DNA of 62,763 nucleotides, counting the filler, from Squatina squatina (taxonomy: Eukaryota), in assembly GCA_031763465.1 (NCBI GenBank). It is 4 parts of 4 records of this genome, joined end to end, with 100 filler letters (N's around TTAATTAATTAA, not from the genome) between each part and the next. Parts side by side here need not be neighbours in the genome. Positions count along the whole stretch, not along the records: positions 1 to 20,242 come from JARFOE010000016.1; 3 more parts are not named here. The stretch is one strand, 5' to 3'. Below the pieces are notes generated by a model, which was not told where the DNA came from, did no database searches, and saw only the letters and a program-made list of their open reading frames with translations. Positions 1-13,372 of the stretch are shown here, piece after piece. The number at the start of each line of letters is the position of its first letter. Within the stretch, counting starts at the first letter, position 1. Both the position numbers and the translations under genes were made by a program.

Positions 1-210
1 GTTCCTGCGTTAGTGCCCATTTAGTGCCAGTGCTAAACTGAGGCCAATTTTGCAAATTTTAATTTAGTGCCAAAAACGGACGTTAGACCCCTAACGCCCA
101 TTCTACGCCCATTTAGCGCTAGCGCCGGAGTGCCAATTGGGCGCCCAGAGAATTTATTATTTCACCTGTCAACTCTGCACCTAAATTGAGCTCACACCAA
201 TTTTTCTGCC
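1..210. mobile_element. Terminal region of a PIF/Harbinger-type DNA transposon or MITE (truncated by window start)
   Basis: Collinear with 9410-9545: both share tgcccatttagtgcc, cgttag, taacgccc, tttagcgct and aattgggcgcc. The 9410-9545 copy lies next to a Harbinger-like ORF start. Confidence 0.55.
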
Positions 211-996
211 GGATGGTCTGACTATGGGAGATCTTTGCGAGCTGACTGATGGGGGGAAGCCCTTTTTATTACCTCATGTTGGTGCACTGACATGCTATGT
301 GACTTGCTTGTTCTGATTTTATATAAACATAGTAAACAAAAGGTTAAAAAGAAACACATCCAGCAATGTTGTATATCCTGTGCCATAAGGTAACCCTAAT
401 TTACCACAAACGATCTTACAGGTTCCTTTAATGTGAGATTTGAAATAACCATCATCTGTTCCTTTACATAAAGCAACACGACAGGAAAAAGAGAGATCAG
501 AGCATGGAGAAAGGAAAACTGAAATGTTGACAAAGATTTTGCTATAAATGTTTCCTGACATCCATTAAAAAAAAGGATTGGTTTGCTACTGCATATGTAT
601 ATGTGTCAAAATCATTACTTGCCACATAGCAATCGCTGATGATATTTGACACTATTTTTAACATTGGTCACCAGTATTAAGTATGGGCCAATGCAGTTAG
701 GCAGCTAGAGGGGAAAAAAACCAGGAGGCAGTCATTGAGCCACAAAGCACCAGATGGGACACGAGCTGTCAGTTAGGGAGACCATGCAACATGGGAAATG
801 AGCCAGCAGTTAGGAGAGAATTAAGGAATGCGATGAAAGATATTGCAATCTTATCCCTATGGGAGCAGCTGTTCTTTTCTAAAGGTTTTATTACTTTGTG
901 TATCATACCAAGGTTAATGCATAGTTATCTTGTTAGTTCTTTAATTATGTATTCTATTATAAGGAAAACAACACCACAGAAAGATCTGCAATAATG

Positions 997-1172
997 GTGG
1001 GAGAAATTGGCCTGGTTAGTGCCTGCGGGGGGCAGTAACAGGGTGCTAAGGAGTTACTGACCAAGCATGGTGAAATCATCGACTCCCGTGAACTTCCTTA
1101 ATGGTTTTGCGCAGGCGCTAACACTTGCTGCCTCGCTCTCTTGCGCCCCAGAGATCGTGACATCATCCGATG
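997..1172. mobile_element. Left end of a GC-rich Harbinger-type non-autonomous element (runs into gap)
   Basis: Begins gggagaaattgg, like the GGG-n-GAAATT termini of other MITEs in the window; abrupt rise in CpG content. Confidence 0.35.
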
Positions 1173-3424
1173 NNNNNNNNNNNNNNNNNNNNNNNNNNNN
1201 NNNNNNNNNNNNNNNNNNNNNNNNNNNNNNNNNNNNNNNNNNNNNNNNNNNNNNNNNNNNNNNNNNNNNNNNGCTTCCTGTTTCTCAGCCTCCTTAGAGA
1301 AGCTAATGAAGAACTGTCACCTCACAAAAAGTGCATCAGTGACCTGCTGGATTGCCATGTGCACAGCAAACTGACTGGTTGCTAATCTCACCAGAAGAAG
1401 TTTGGAGGGAACCAGAGGCATGAAAGTTTAGAGTTAACGGTGATTGTTACTGCCATAGGTAGTGCAGTCCTGTTTTTGGGCTCAATTCTTGCCCCAACAG
1501 ATGGCATACATAAGCAACTGTTTCCCTGTTGAAACACAGCCAGCTGACACACTATATTTTGTGAGGTTTAGGTATGGTGTTATGCAATGACTCCTGCACC
1601 CTTGCCTCCTTTACTCTCTTCAGGTCTTTGCTGCCTTACTTGCTGCCGCTCCTTTGCCCAATTTGGCAGCCTGAAAGGTAAGCCCCACAAACATTCCCAT
1701 GTTCAGCAGTTGAGAAGAAGTAAATCCTGTGAAACAGCTCCAGCCCTCCAGCAACTCACTCTCCACAGACAAGCATTTGCCAAAACTGATTAAAAAAAAC
1801 TGGGCCCAAAAGGACCACAGAAGCCTAAAACGACTAACCAGAGATTTACCTGAATGGCAACGATCCCTTTAAATATCATTTGTAAAAACTGTTTGCCAAC
1901 TACTCCTGTCACAATTTTGCTGAGCGAGTTTAGGAAGTGACATTTCAGGCATGCACAAACACTAATTTCACAAAAGGGCCCTGATTCAGGCACAGGATTT
2001 TTATTAACATATTGTTTGTTTCAAGTGGCTGCCAGGGACGCCCATGGAGTGCATGAGCCAATATGGCATTTGGCACACTTCCAGTGCGGGACGTTGCACT
2101 GCAAAATCCAACTGTGTGTCACCCATTTTGGAGCCAGAAAAAAAACTATTTCGAGCCCATAGAGTTTCCTATATTTTTATAACCAGTTGTACAGCTATTT
2201 CAGCTTCATATCAGTAGCAAAGTCCCAATGTAATTTTGGGTATTAAAATTAATTGCAAATTACTTACTTCATGTTGCGTGGGATTTGGGGATTTGGGGAT
2301 TATAAAAATGCCAGTGACAGTATGGGAACTCGGGGAAATCCACAACTGGGAGAAGGCTAAAAATCTATTATTGACAAAATGCTGCTGGTCATTGCACTGA
2401 GCATACATCAAGTGATTATAGTGTAAATATCAATCAACATTGGTTACAGCTGCAACAATGACTTCTTATGTACATCAGTCATTGAAGTATGTTCTGAGCC
2501 TTGGCCCTTGAGATTTGCTGCAGTTAAACATGGAGCAGGTCACAGATTTAACTTCTGTAAAAGCGTATCAAGTCCTGAATAACATGTTCCCCACACCCTT
2601 TGTAATCTGTTGTGAAAAATGCACTAACATCAGTGGAGATTGTACTTCTTGTTAGAGTGAAAAGTAAAAGCCTGTGTGGGAAAGACAAAACTTATCTGTG
2701 ATTTACATAACACCAGTCTTTTTGGTTTTAGCTACCAGGTGCTGTGATTCAGACATTTGCAAGGAGGGAGGACGGGGAAAACACACCAAGGCGAGGGACG
2801 CAGAGGCCCTGCCATTAAGGACCTCATTATCATTTTTTCTTCTGCTACCCNNNNNNNNNNNNNNNNNNNNNNNNNNNNNNNNNNNNNNNNNNNNNNNNNN
2901 NNNNNNNNNNNNNNNNNNNNNNNNNNNNNNNNNNNNNNNNNNNNNNNNNNTAGCCCGCAGCATTTTCTAGCTCAATAATAGTTTTGATGCAGCAACAGTA
3001 GAACTCATTACTCTGAGTAAATTACTTTATATACCCCAATAGTTACTGTTTAGGTCCAATGGGAAACATAGCCAGGCCAGTATTTAATATTGACCATAAA
3101 ATATTTAAACCCCCACGACATCAGTTAGAATTACTTAGAAAAGTAAGCTGGGACCAAAATATTTGCTTTACTCCAATTTACTAAAGCTGCTTTTTGTGAT
3201 TTTTAAATCATAACATATCTATTCTGAGACAATCTATTGCCTACAGTAAATTAAATGATAAATTAAGTCCTTATTCAGGACACCTGTAAATTTTAATTTT
3301 GCTGTTTAATAATAGGTTCCAAGGACATTTCTGAAACAAATCATTACCACGTTTCAGATTCATTATCTTTGCTTCTACTTCATTGAAATTAAAGTTACTG
3401 TGATGTTGTCAAAGGTTTTTTAGA

Positions 3425-3890
3425 AATTAATTCTCGGGATATGTGCTTCACTGGCAAGGCTGCATTTATTGTACTTCCCTGGTTGCCATGGATAGGTGGT
3501 AGTGAGCTTTATTATTCAAGTGCTTCAGTCATTGTGCTGTTGGGTAGGGAGTCCCAGGATTTTGATGAAGGAACAATGATATATGTCCAAGTCAGGTGTC
3601 TGACTTGGAGGGGAACTTGGAAGTGATGATGTTCCCATGCGCCTGCTGCCCATGTCCTTCTCAGTGGTAGAGGTCACGAGTTTGGGAGGTGCTGCCGAAG
3701 AAGCCTTGGTGAGTTGTTGCAGTGCATCTTGTAGATGGTACACACTGCAGCCGTGGTACCGGTGGTGTAGGGAGTGAAAGTTGAAAGTGGTGGATAGCGT
3801 GCCAATCAAGTAGGCTGCTTTGTCATGGATGCTGTCGAGCTTTTTGAGTGTTGTTGGAGCTGCCATCATTCAAGCAAGTGGAGAGTATTC
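3425..3890 (-). mobile_element. 3' end of an APE-type non-LTR retrotransposon (clade uncertain, possibly RTE-X-like)
   Basis: Minus-strand peptide SPLA*MMAAPTTLKKLDSIHDKAAYLIGTLSTTFNFHSLHHR. A second copy at 56126-56450 aligns closely. Confidence 0.75.
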
Positions 3891-6109
3891 NNNNNNNNNN
3901 NNNNNNNNNNNNNNNNNNNNNNNNNNNNNNNNNNNNNNNNNNNNNNNNNNNNNNNNNNNNNNNNNNNNNNNNNNNNNNNNNNNNNNNNNNGAGTTTTTCC
4001 AGCATTTTTTGTTTATATTCCCCACTCCCTGTGATGCTCCCTTAATGTCCCATTCTCTGTGCCAGGCCAGGACACATTTTATTTGAGTCTCCAACTAACA
4101 GTCTCACCGCCTTCCTTACCTGCCCATCTTTTCCTCTGCAGTCACACAGAATACTGCACTGCACTGTCGGAGGAAGTGGGTCAGTCTGGTGATGGGTGGA
4201 AATTGTGTACAGGGTAGATGCACAGGGAGGGCCGAATGGCTAGTTTCCATGTTGTAACTTCCACACAGATGTTAGATCTCAGATCTAAATTTTGAATATC
4301 TTAAGATGATATCTGTCAGTATCCAATATATAATTAGAAATAACAAGTCACACTGAGCCGCTGGATAGTGATTGCCCCCCCACTTGCTCTACCTGCCTTT
4401 CTCATCCCCACCCCGCCTCTCTCCAATTTATGCTCCACTCTCACTACCTAAACAGCTACTCAGCACCGATTCACTCTCACTCGCTTTCCTTGTCTGCCAG
4501 CTGTAAGAGTTCAACATGAAATATGCTTCAGCTATTCAAACTGATCAATGATTAAATAGGGGTTGCTTGTGATTTATTAAAAAGCAGAATCCAATGTCAG
4601 GGCCATGTTAAATTCAGATTAAACAGCACAATACTGAAGGCAGTAAGATTATGTGATTCAACTTCTCAAGCAAGTATTTTCATCATGGCCTTGTCAGAAA
4701 TAATAAAGTAAAAAAAGAAGAATCTGCACAGTATGAAGTTACATTAACCCCAGAACAGACAGGAGTTTTCATACATGAATTGAATGAACTAGCTCAAGAC
4801 ATGTTTGATAGCTTTTTTAAAAGTAAACAGGCTTAACAAATATAAGTGCTGTGATAGAGCAGCAATGGAAAGTGAAATTGTTTGAACAATTGTGAAATTG
4901 TTCCAAAAGTTATTTGACAAAGAATGCCTTGTATGTCTGACTTTGAATCAAATGCTATGAACAGATGAATGTAAAGCATTTTCTCCAAGCTAATGGAGCA
5001 TTTAAAAATAGGAGAACACAAGTTTTCAAATAATATCCATATCAGAAAGCATTTGGGAGAAAGCATTATGGTTTGGGAATTTATGTTAGTGCAAACAATA
5101 GAAAGTTTGAAGGTTTTAACAGTAGGCAAAAATCAGAATGTGTATTCTAAATTATATAATCCCTGAACAATTTATAAAGATAGTGTAGGNNNNNNNNNNN
5201 NNNNNNNNNNNNNNNNNNNNNNNNNNNNNNNNNNNNNNNNNNNNNNNNNNNNNNNNNNNNNNNNNNNNNNNNNNNNNNNNNNNNNNNNNTTCTTTCATTC
5301 TTTCTATCTTTATTTTCTTTGTTTTCAGTCGTTGCACAGTAATTTGTTCCAGGTGAGCATTTTGTTTAAATGCTATCGGAAATTTTAAAAGGTCAAAGGG
5401 TAGTTCATTCACTAACATTTTATTCTCCCAATTGGTACTGGTTCGAACCAACCGAGTTTTCTTTTAATGAGCTAGCAAAATGAAATTATGTGCAACTGGA
5501 TGAACATTTCAATCTTAATTTAAATGTACTTCGCCTTTCACGTCACTGTCAATATTGCACTCTAGTGTTGGGAATGAATGATACCAGTATGTAAAGTGGC
5601 CAACTAACAGCAAGGATTCATTTGAGAAGGATTGCTGTTATTAGATCAAATGATGGATACCACTTTCCCCCAATCTGAGGCAAGTGTCTTTTTCAAATAT
5701 TGTGCAAAAAAATACACAAGCACTAATATAACATCCTTGGTGAGATTACTGGTGCTGCTCAGGCAAGGCATGTGCACCACTTATAAAATATTAAATGTCT
5801 TTGACAGTGCTTGATGTGTTAGGTTAAAGAGTTCTTGTCCAACCCTCCATCAATCACAGCATAGTGTGAAAACCCTGTGAAGTCACTAATGGAGAATGCT
5901 TCATTTGCAGAATTTAGCCTAGTGTTAATGTTATCTTGTGCTAATGCAACAGTAATAAAGCTTTCCTTGCCCATTGAGATTAGAGACTTGACAGTTTGAA
6001 ATATTTCTGATCAAGTATCACAATTCCCAGAACTAAATGAGCATTAACATTTTTGCTATTGAGAAACCAAGATGAAAGGGCAAGGACCAAAATATTGTGG
6101 CATTTTTAA

Positions 6110-6264
6110 TATTGAAAAGAACATAAGGAAAAGTTAGGGGTGAGAAAAGGCCTTTGGGACAGTTGAAACTCATCCCTCCAGTACATTAAATCTCCCAAGG
6201 CATCTAATTGTATTTTGAATAACCTCAATGTTTTTGCCTGCATTACTTTTCCTAATAGCTTATT
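6110..6264 (-). mobile_element. Degenerate CR1 LINE 3' end
   Basis: Minus-strand LLGKVMQAKTLRLFKIQLDAL resembles the CR1 ORF2 C-terminus; followed by a CR1-like tail. Confidence 0.5.
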
Positions 6265-7678
6265 NNNNNNNNNNNNNNNNNNNNNNNNNNNNNNNNNNNN
6301 NNNNNNNNNNNNNNNNNNNNNNNNNNNNNNNNNNNNNNNNNNNNNNNNNNNNNNNNNNNNNNNNCTTTCTTCAGGGCCAGCGGTGAATGCCTTTGCTCCA
6401 CTGCTGACTGCTGTAACATGACTGACTTTGCAAAATACAGTGATAATGCCATGGCAAGTGTTGTCTTGTAGCAGGCAAGCGTGTGAAGATACAATATGAT
6501 AGGATATGATGACAGAAGTAACTATTGGTCCTTTAAAACTAATTTCTGTTTGCAACTCGATGCGTATCATCAAGCTACAACTCTCAATGGCCAGTTTATT
6601 ATGGGCGAGTGAATAAAACAGTGTTAAGTGGGTGGATATTATTATGCATTAATTTACTTGCAGCCACCTACAAACTGGCAAATGCTGTTTGGTCACACTG
6701 ATAACACAATTGGAGACACAGAAATGGGGCAAAATGTATGAAGAACTTGCGTAACAGTTCCCTACCTAGTTTTCTTCTCTGCTTCTTTTATTCAGCAATA
6801 AATCAAATTATCCAACAATATTTTTGATCTCATATTGCAAAATTTTTGCTATACAAGCTATATGAAATATTTTCTGCTGCCTCCTACACACTATCCCATA
6901 TAAAACTCTCAATCTCTATTTACTTCAGAATTTGTACAACTTCTCAGTTGTAAGATCAGCAATATATATTTTATGTTGAATTTTGAATCCTAAAATCAAT
7001 TGGAGAAATCTTTCAAATTTCAGGGGTTTTTTTTTAAAATGGGAGGCTTCTTTTATAGTATTTTGGAACATTTTTAATGGATAATATTCTTTGTTAGAGT
7101 AAGGAATTACAGATAAATAGATTGAAGTGGATTGATAAAGTTTATCACAGTTAATTGTTTCAAAATCCATCGTGATAGAATTTTTAAAAAATAGGATGTT
7201 GGAAGCAAATAGACAGTTTAAGTAGAGCTTCACTTACTTGGGAAACCTAGGTCATTGATAGGGTGAAGAGATTAATGGCTATAGCAAGAAGGCAGCTTTG
7301 AGATGAAAAATGGATAAGCTTATTGGGCCATTTAAATGGTTTCTTCCTGTTCCTGAATGTTCTATTTCTAATTGATGACCTCTGAATTATCCTTCTGGCT
7401 GTTGATCTTAATGGGGTGATTTAATATCAGTTGATAATTAAGGCCCTTGGACAAATATTTGTTGTTAAATACCTTTAATTACTACCCATTCAGGAACAAA
7501 GCATTTCCTGATAAGCAGCAGCCTAACTTACTATTAACAGTAAATTAAGACACTCAATCAGCATTCAGCGATGATAATCACAGTTTAACAATTAACAAGT
7601 ATGAAATGTGTCTCTTGACCCTAATAAGACACCAGGTGGGCACCAATCCAGATATGCAGATTGGAAACCTTCACATTA

Positions 7679-7828
7679 ATGGTGCACATAAACAATAAGG
7701 TGAGGTTTGCTGAGATGGAGGCGAGTCTCATTGTACAGGAGATATTGGAGAGGAATGCATCAATATTTTGCTTGGAAGCACAAGCCCTACAAGCAATACC
7801 CCAGGAGGCAGTTTTGGCAGCAAATATG
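7679..7828 (+). pseudogene. Degenerate Myb/SANT-like DNA-binding ORF (PIF/Harbinger ORF2 N-terminus)
   Basis: KVRFAEMEASLIVQEILERNASIF, then after a frameshift KHKPYKQYPRRQFWQQI. Fits the RF-x-E-x-L-x-EV...W-x-x-I trihelix pattern of Harbinger ORF2. Confidence 0.55.
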
Positions 7829-8499
7829 NNNNNNNNNNNNNNNNNNNNNNNNNNNNNNNNNNNNNNNNNNNNNNNNNNNNNNNNNNNNNNNNNNNNNNNN
7901 NNNNNNNNNNNNNNNNNNNNNNNNNNNNTTCAATCAATATTGACCTCATAAAATTGGAATTTATGAGCCCATTCATTTGGATGCTGTTTATCTTGTCGTG
8001 CAACACTGCAGATTTGAATAATTTATGTTTATTGCTGCCTTCTATGTATAATTCCATGGGACTTTGGAAAGTGTTTGTTTCTCCTAGATTGGTAAACCAA
8101 TACCCAATAGATTTATTGTTTTTAATATGAAAAGATGCACAGGCACAGAAGTACAGTCAAGTTTTTTTCTATGATATTAATATCCCTCATATACTTTTCA
8201 TCTTCACACAATCCTTTGAAATGTAGGCTGTGACCCTCTATATTCATGTTGTACATTCATGTTGTAGTTATCAAGTATGGAGAAAATTGCCCTGTAACTC
8301 CATGGGACTGCTGTGTTGATATAAGTATCAAGAGCACCCTCTGGAAACTTCTCCTCCTGAACTCACAGGACTATTCTGGGTTGGGGAAGGTACCCTCATT
8401 TTAATAATGCAGGCAGGCACCAGCATCACTGTGGGCGCACCTTAAGAATCCACCAAAGAGGGAGAAAACATGAAATGAGGAACAGGGCATAGACACTGC

Positions 8500-9588
8500 C
8501 ACAGTTTTATTGAAGTGCTCCATCAGAAGTCTTTTATGAGGTGCCTGATCATACTTAACAGACGACATTTTTGATAGGGATCCAGTGTAGGTCCCAAGCC
8601 TAGTACCCTAGGTGAGCCCCACTTATGCCATGCTAAATTGGTCCCGTTGTGCTGGCCACTTGGCATAGCCCAAGTCAGGGATGAGGCAATTCCCAGCCTT
8701 GGAACTGCCTCCCTCCAACCACACACCCTTCTGAAGTGAGTGGCTGAAGAGGCCAAATTGGAGTGGAGTGCAGAAATTTGNNNNNNNNNNNNNNNNNNNN
8801 NNNNNNNNNNNNNNNNNNNNNNNNNNNNNNNNNNNNNNNNNNNNNNNNNNNNNNNNNNNNNNNNNNNNNNNNNNNNNNNNAGTGGTACAGGTGGCTCTGG
8901 CATGTCAGGTGGTTGTTGGGCATGGTCCCTCTGAGGAGCTGCTGGTGCCTCACTCCTAGCCTCAGTTGCCTCTGCCCTCCTAGCTCTCTGCTGGCTTCTG
9001 AGATGTCTTCTGTGCCTGAGGTACCTCATGTGATGTTGGTGGAGTTCCCAGTCTACTGTTAGTGCAGCCCCCATGGCCGATTTCTCCGATTTTTTTCCGT
9101 AAAAAAAATTTCCACCGAGCGGCAAATCAAAGTCTGCACAGGGTTTATGTGAGGCAGAAACATTTGAAAAAAACACGATAGCAGCATCACAAAGGCAATT
9201 TACAGGCTCAAGATGGCACAGAGTCCCAGGCCTTGAAATAGCAGGCAGGGTTTCAACGTCCCAAAAAATGAGCGTTGTCACTGCTGATTTTATGGTTTAA
9301 CAACGTGATTGAATTTTTGTGCGGGCTGCCATTTTGGGCGTTGCGCCTACTGATGACGTCATCAACACCATCTAGCACTGGATGCTGAGTTTTCAGCGCT
9401 ATCGGTGCAATGCCCATTTAGTGCCCGCGTTAACTCGACCCGAATTGGCCAGCGCGAAAGTTAGCGCCGAAAATCGGCGTTAGGCCGTAACGCCCGTTTA
9501 GCGCTGTTTTAGCATCAGAAAAAAGGTACAAATTGGGCGCCAACTGTGTTCACGTGCCAGTATCCACAACGGTATCCAAATTGGGGCC
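8500..9588 (-). mobile_element. PIF/Harbinger element: terminus, subterminal region and transposase-like N-terminus (ATG 9074); putative C-terminus across the gap
   Basis: Terminus ggccccaatttg at 9588. ORF MGAALTVDWELHQHHMRYLRHRRHLRSQQRARR is Arg-rich like Harbinger transposase leaders. Across the gap it reads LLSMIRHLIKDF* followed by minus-strand AATAAA (8505-8510). The catalytic core is not visible. Confidence 0.5.
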
Positions 9589-10049
9589 ATAATTTTTATT
9601 CCCTTGATTAGATGGTTGGTTTTAATTCCAGTCACTTATTGGATTCAAATACTGACTGTGAGAGAGAAGCGCCCATGATTGTTAGCATTAACCTTTTCTG
9701 CTTTCCTACAATTCAGCTGGATTGCTGAAAACTCCATTTTAAGGACACCTCTGGGCATTTTCAGGGCCTTCGTCCTACAAATGACAACTGCATACAAGTT
9801 ATAACGAATCATTTTTGTTATATAAATACTCTAATATGCATATAAATGTGAAAATAGGTCTACAGGAGCGATTACAATCAAAACATTCTAATCTCAGCAT
9901 TTGGTTGTCAATAAACGACTTCAATTTAATTCTCACAGTCTCACAGTTCATATCGTCTTTTTCTCATTTTCACTATTCTCTACTCATTCAAGACTTTTAC
10001 AATCTCTCAACAATAGCGAACAGCATGAGTGAGCACACTAGCCTATAAT

Positions 10050-10766
10050 GACCCAGATTTTGCGCTCAACGGCAAAGTGATGGCGCTCGCTGCTGACCTC
10101 AAAGAAAGCTGCCTACAAAGATCGAGCGATCTCTGTGGCATTGATTTCACCTTTCTCAACATTAATTTTATTCTGGCACCAAGTCTTGGGGACTTTCAGC
10201 ATCCAGCAACATTTATGTCATCAAGCAGGCTAAGCAACGAATCACACTGTATAATTCTCACAAAAAGCAAACCAGGAAATAAAATACACTGATTATCCTT
10301 CACTTTTTCTATATTTTACAGAGAGCAAAATAATGATTGTGACATACACATGGGCTTATGCTAGAAGTTCAAATATCCTAAGCAAGCTTTAAAAGAAGAC
10401 CATTCCTATTCTATTAAAAAATATGGAATTTGTATCATAATGGAAAAATTTTACATTCCACAAATATAAAATTAGCTTATCAGGACCAGAGAGGTTGTTC
10501 AGCAGTAATTATGACTTAGTATGCCATTAAAAACCCAGTTACGCCTCATTGAGCAAGGCTTAACTTTTTGGGGGTTATTTAACAGTGATATTATGGTGTA
10601 AAATTGGAAGTTCTCATCAATTAAGTGATTCTGTGGAGCAGCAGGGAATCACTGACAGCAACTTCTGGATTTCCGCATTTAACTGCGTGTGTTGCTGTCA
10701 GTTTCACAGGGGAATGACAGCAAATGTTGAAAGTTTCGCTGTCATTACAAAAGCAAAATCTGGGCC
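10050..10766. mobile_element. MITE, PIF/Harbinger-like
   Basis: 14-bp TIRs gacccagattttgc / gcaaaatctgggcc (13/14 match), flanked by aat and aac; non-coding interior. Confidence 0.7.
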
Positions 10767-11439
10767 AACATAACTGGGACACTGTGAAGTATCAATGATA
10801 AGCTATAATTGGTGATAGTAAGCGCTAGGGAGCACTACATCCATGTTTAGTTATTTGTCGCACCTGAATCTATCTCAGTCCCAATTACGTTTAATCAGTA
10901 TCGTATGTCAGGGCATGTGCCTTTGCTGTCCAATACACAAATATTCAGATGAGGCGATTCTCAAATTAAAAAGAGCAGGCTTATCATGTTCTTTAATGGA
11001 GTCACTTGTTTTACGACCCTGCAAAAATGGTGCAGTTTTAAACCCACAATTTGTAAGTTGCTAAATCCTCTGCCTTTTATACGCTTATATTTTGTATAAC
11101 ACCATAGAACTACATTCGCCCCTGTTTGATTTTCAGTAATTCCTTCAGTCTGATCAATTCTCTTTAACATGTTATTAATATTCTATTGCAGTGATCTACT
11201 GCCTGTCTGTCCAACTCTTTATCATGGCACAGAAATTGCTGGTTTGTTGGTTTTAAATTTGTTAAATTGACATGGCTGCTGCGCAGGCTTTCCGACAGCT
11301 TTAATCATTTATAGTTTTCTGATTGACTCTCATTTTTGAACAAGTAAAACATGCTCCTTTCACTTATTTCTGTACTTTATAAAACACCATTATTAAGCAT
11401 TGAAACAATTTCAGCAAAGTGTAGTTAAACTGAAAGTGT

Positions 11440-11852
11440 GGCCCTGATTTTAATAGGTGTTGGATTTGAGTCCGATTTACGTCTGGAAATACGCCTCTTA
11501 GATTTATTTTTTCAGATGGGNNNNNNNNNNATAATGAGGCCCAGATGTGGCATAGAGTGGGCGACATAGGTTTCATGGGACCAATTCCTTGAACCAGCCG
11601 ATCAGTTTCAAGCCCACTTCAGCCCTTAAAGGGGCTGATTGATGTTAGTAAATTGCTGCTTTGGTTGGTGTTGAAATAGCAGGAGGTTGTTGAGTTGAGC
11701 TCTGTGGTGTGTTTGAGGTGAAATGTATGGCAGCTCATCAAAGAGGGACGAGGGCCCTCAAATTTTCGGACTCTGCACTGGAGACTCTTGTGGCGGCCAT
11801 TGCGAGGAGGGCAGACAGGTTTTTTGCCACCGGAGAAAGACGAGGGGGTGCC
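11440..11852 (+). mobile_element. PIF/Harbinger left end with Myb/SANT-like ORF2 start (ATG 11727)
   Basis: Terminus ggccctgatttt at 11440 and palindrome tcagcccttaaaggggctga at 11619. ORF MAAHQRGTRALKFSDSALETLVAAIARRADRFFATGERR matches helix 1 of Harbinger Myb/SANT proteins and runs into a gap. Confidence 0.7.
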
Positions 11853-13000
11853 NNNNNNNNNNNNNNNNNNNNNNNNNNNNNNNNNNNNNNNNNNNNNNNN
11901 NNNNNNNNNNNNNNNNNNNNNNNNNNNNNNNNNNNNNNNNNNNNNNNNNNNNAACTACTAAACTGTTTATTAAAGGAGTGTAATTACATCTGCCTCATCA
12001 TTGGTCATTTTTTTTGTGGAGTAGCTCACCAACCCAACTCTGAACCAGAACAAATTGGCCTGACGTGCAAATTGTCACAGGACAAATTTACAAAAATAGG
12101 ATTATTATTAATCCTTTCTTCACCAAACAGGAAATGTGCCCCTTGAATTTCTTTGTTTTGTTATTTTAACAATATTTTTTAGTTTAAATGGTGAATCCTT
12201 ATGATAGCACTAAAGGAACTGGCTTGGAAGATTTAATGAGCCTGTAAATATAAAGGAGCAGAATTAATGTGCATAGTTCAAATTGATGATGACTGTCACA
12301 TTCTGGGTAAGCATCTGTGTCCACTGATGTCCAGTCAGCTCGCTTGTGCTATGAAGCTGGGTGCATTTTCTAAGTCAATCCCCCTGACAATGTCGTCACT
12401 GGCTAAATAAAAATAGTTTCACACTATCATCTGAAATAAACTCAAAACAACAAAAGGATGTGTTAATCATAACTTTTTGTAGCTATTTTAAAATTAGATC
12501 CCAATGGTGAGACTCCCTCCTTAAAGTTGCTGAAGGAAAGCGCTCAGAAATGGAATAACCAACCAGCCGTATCGCCCTGCACTACATATCCCTGAACCAT
12601 AATGAGATGACAAGTCTTTCAATGAACCATGGAATTACTTTATACTTTGCCTTANNNNNNNNNNNNNNNNNNNNNNNNNNNNNNNNNNNNNNNNNNNNNN
12701 NNNNNNNNNNNNNNNNNNNNNNNNNNNNNNNNNNNNNNNNNNNNNNNNNNNNNNTACAGGAAGACATTTTGATTTATACTTCAACGTGGCTATAATTTTT
12801 ATAGATAGCAAATTTGAAAGATTACGTGGCTGCAAGAGTGATTTTATAGGGTGAATGTTTATGAATCTCAGTTAAATGACTGACACAACTAGAAGTTAAT
12901 TAATTTCTGATCCTGATCTATGCAATTACCATTGTAAGCTGAAATCACAAAGACACATTCCTCAAAAACTGGACAATTGCTGAATGAGGCAGAATGGATA

Positions 13001-13006
13001 TTTATT
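13001..13006 (-). terminator. Polyadenylation signal (AATAAA) of the Rieske gene
   Basis: tttatt on the + strand, ~150 nt downstream of the minus-strand stop at 13154-13156. Confidence 0.6.
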
Positions 13007-13153
13007 GAAGATGAGCTTGGTTTACACAATTTCCCCCTATGCACTCAAAATAGCAAGGATTACCTTAACAAGCTGGTGCTAAAAATGTTCAGTTCAACAT
13101 AGTACAGATAACACACCAGTAAGATGGAAGGTACTCAATTTAAAGTTCATAAT

Positions 13154-13372
13154 TTAACCTACAATCACAAGCTCCTCATTAATGAACTCGTATGGTGGTA
13201 TTTCCAGATTAAGTGGTGCTGGGCCTTTCCTGATTCTCCCTGATGAATCATAGTGAGATCCATGGCAGGGGCAGTAGTAGCCACCATACTCACCAGCATT
13301 GGATATTGGCACACAGCCCAGGTGAGTGCAGACACCAATGACAATCATCCACTTTGGATCCTTCACTCTGTC
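13154..13372 (-). CDS. UQCRFS1: Cytochrome bc1 Rieske iron-sulfur protein, C-terminal part of last exon (5' part lies in the gap)
   Basis: [72 protein letters not shown]. Both Rieske boxes (CTHLGC, CPCHGS) and GPAPLNL are intact. Confidence 0.96.
   Translation of the reverse strand, partial: DRVKDPKWMIVIGVCTHLGCVPISNAGEYGGYYCPCHGSHYDSSGRIRKGPAPLNLEIPPYEFINEELVIVG

Noticed and set aside
1273-1390. Possible Harbinger transposase helix-turn-helix remnant
   Set aside because: Needs a frameshift, and similarity is too weak to support.
2268-2345. Minus-strand ag...gtaagt exon candidate
   Set aside because: No recognisable peptide in any frame and no partner exon.
12284-12330. Possible C/D box snoRNA (tgatga...ctga)
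   Set aside because: Too short and no terminal stem.
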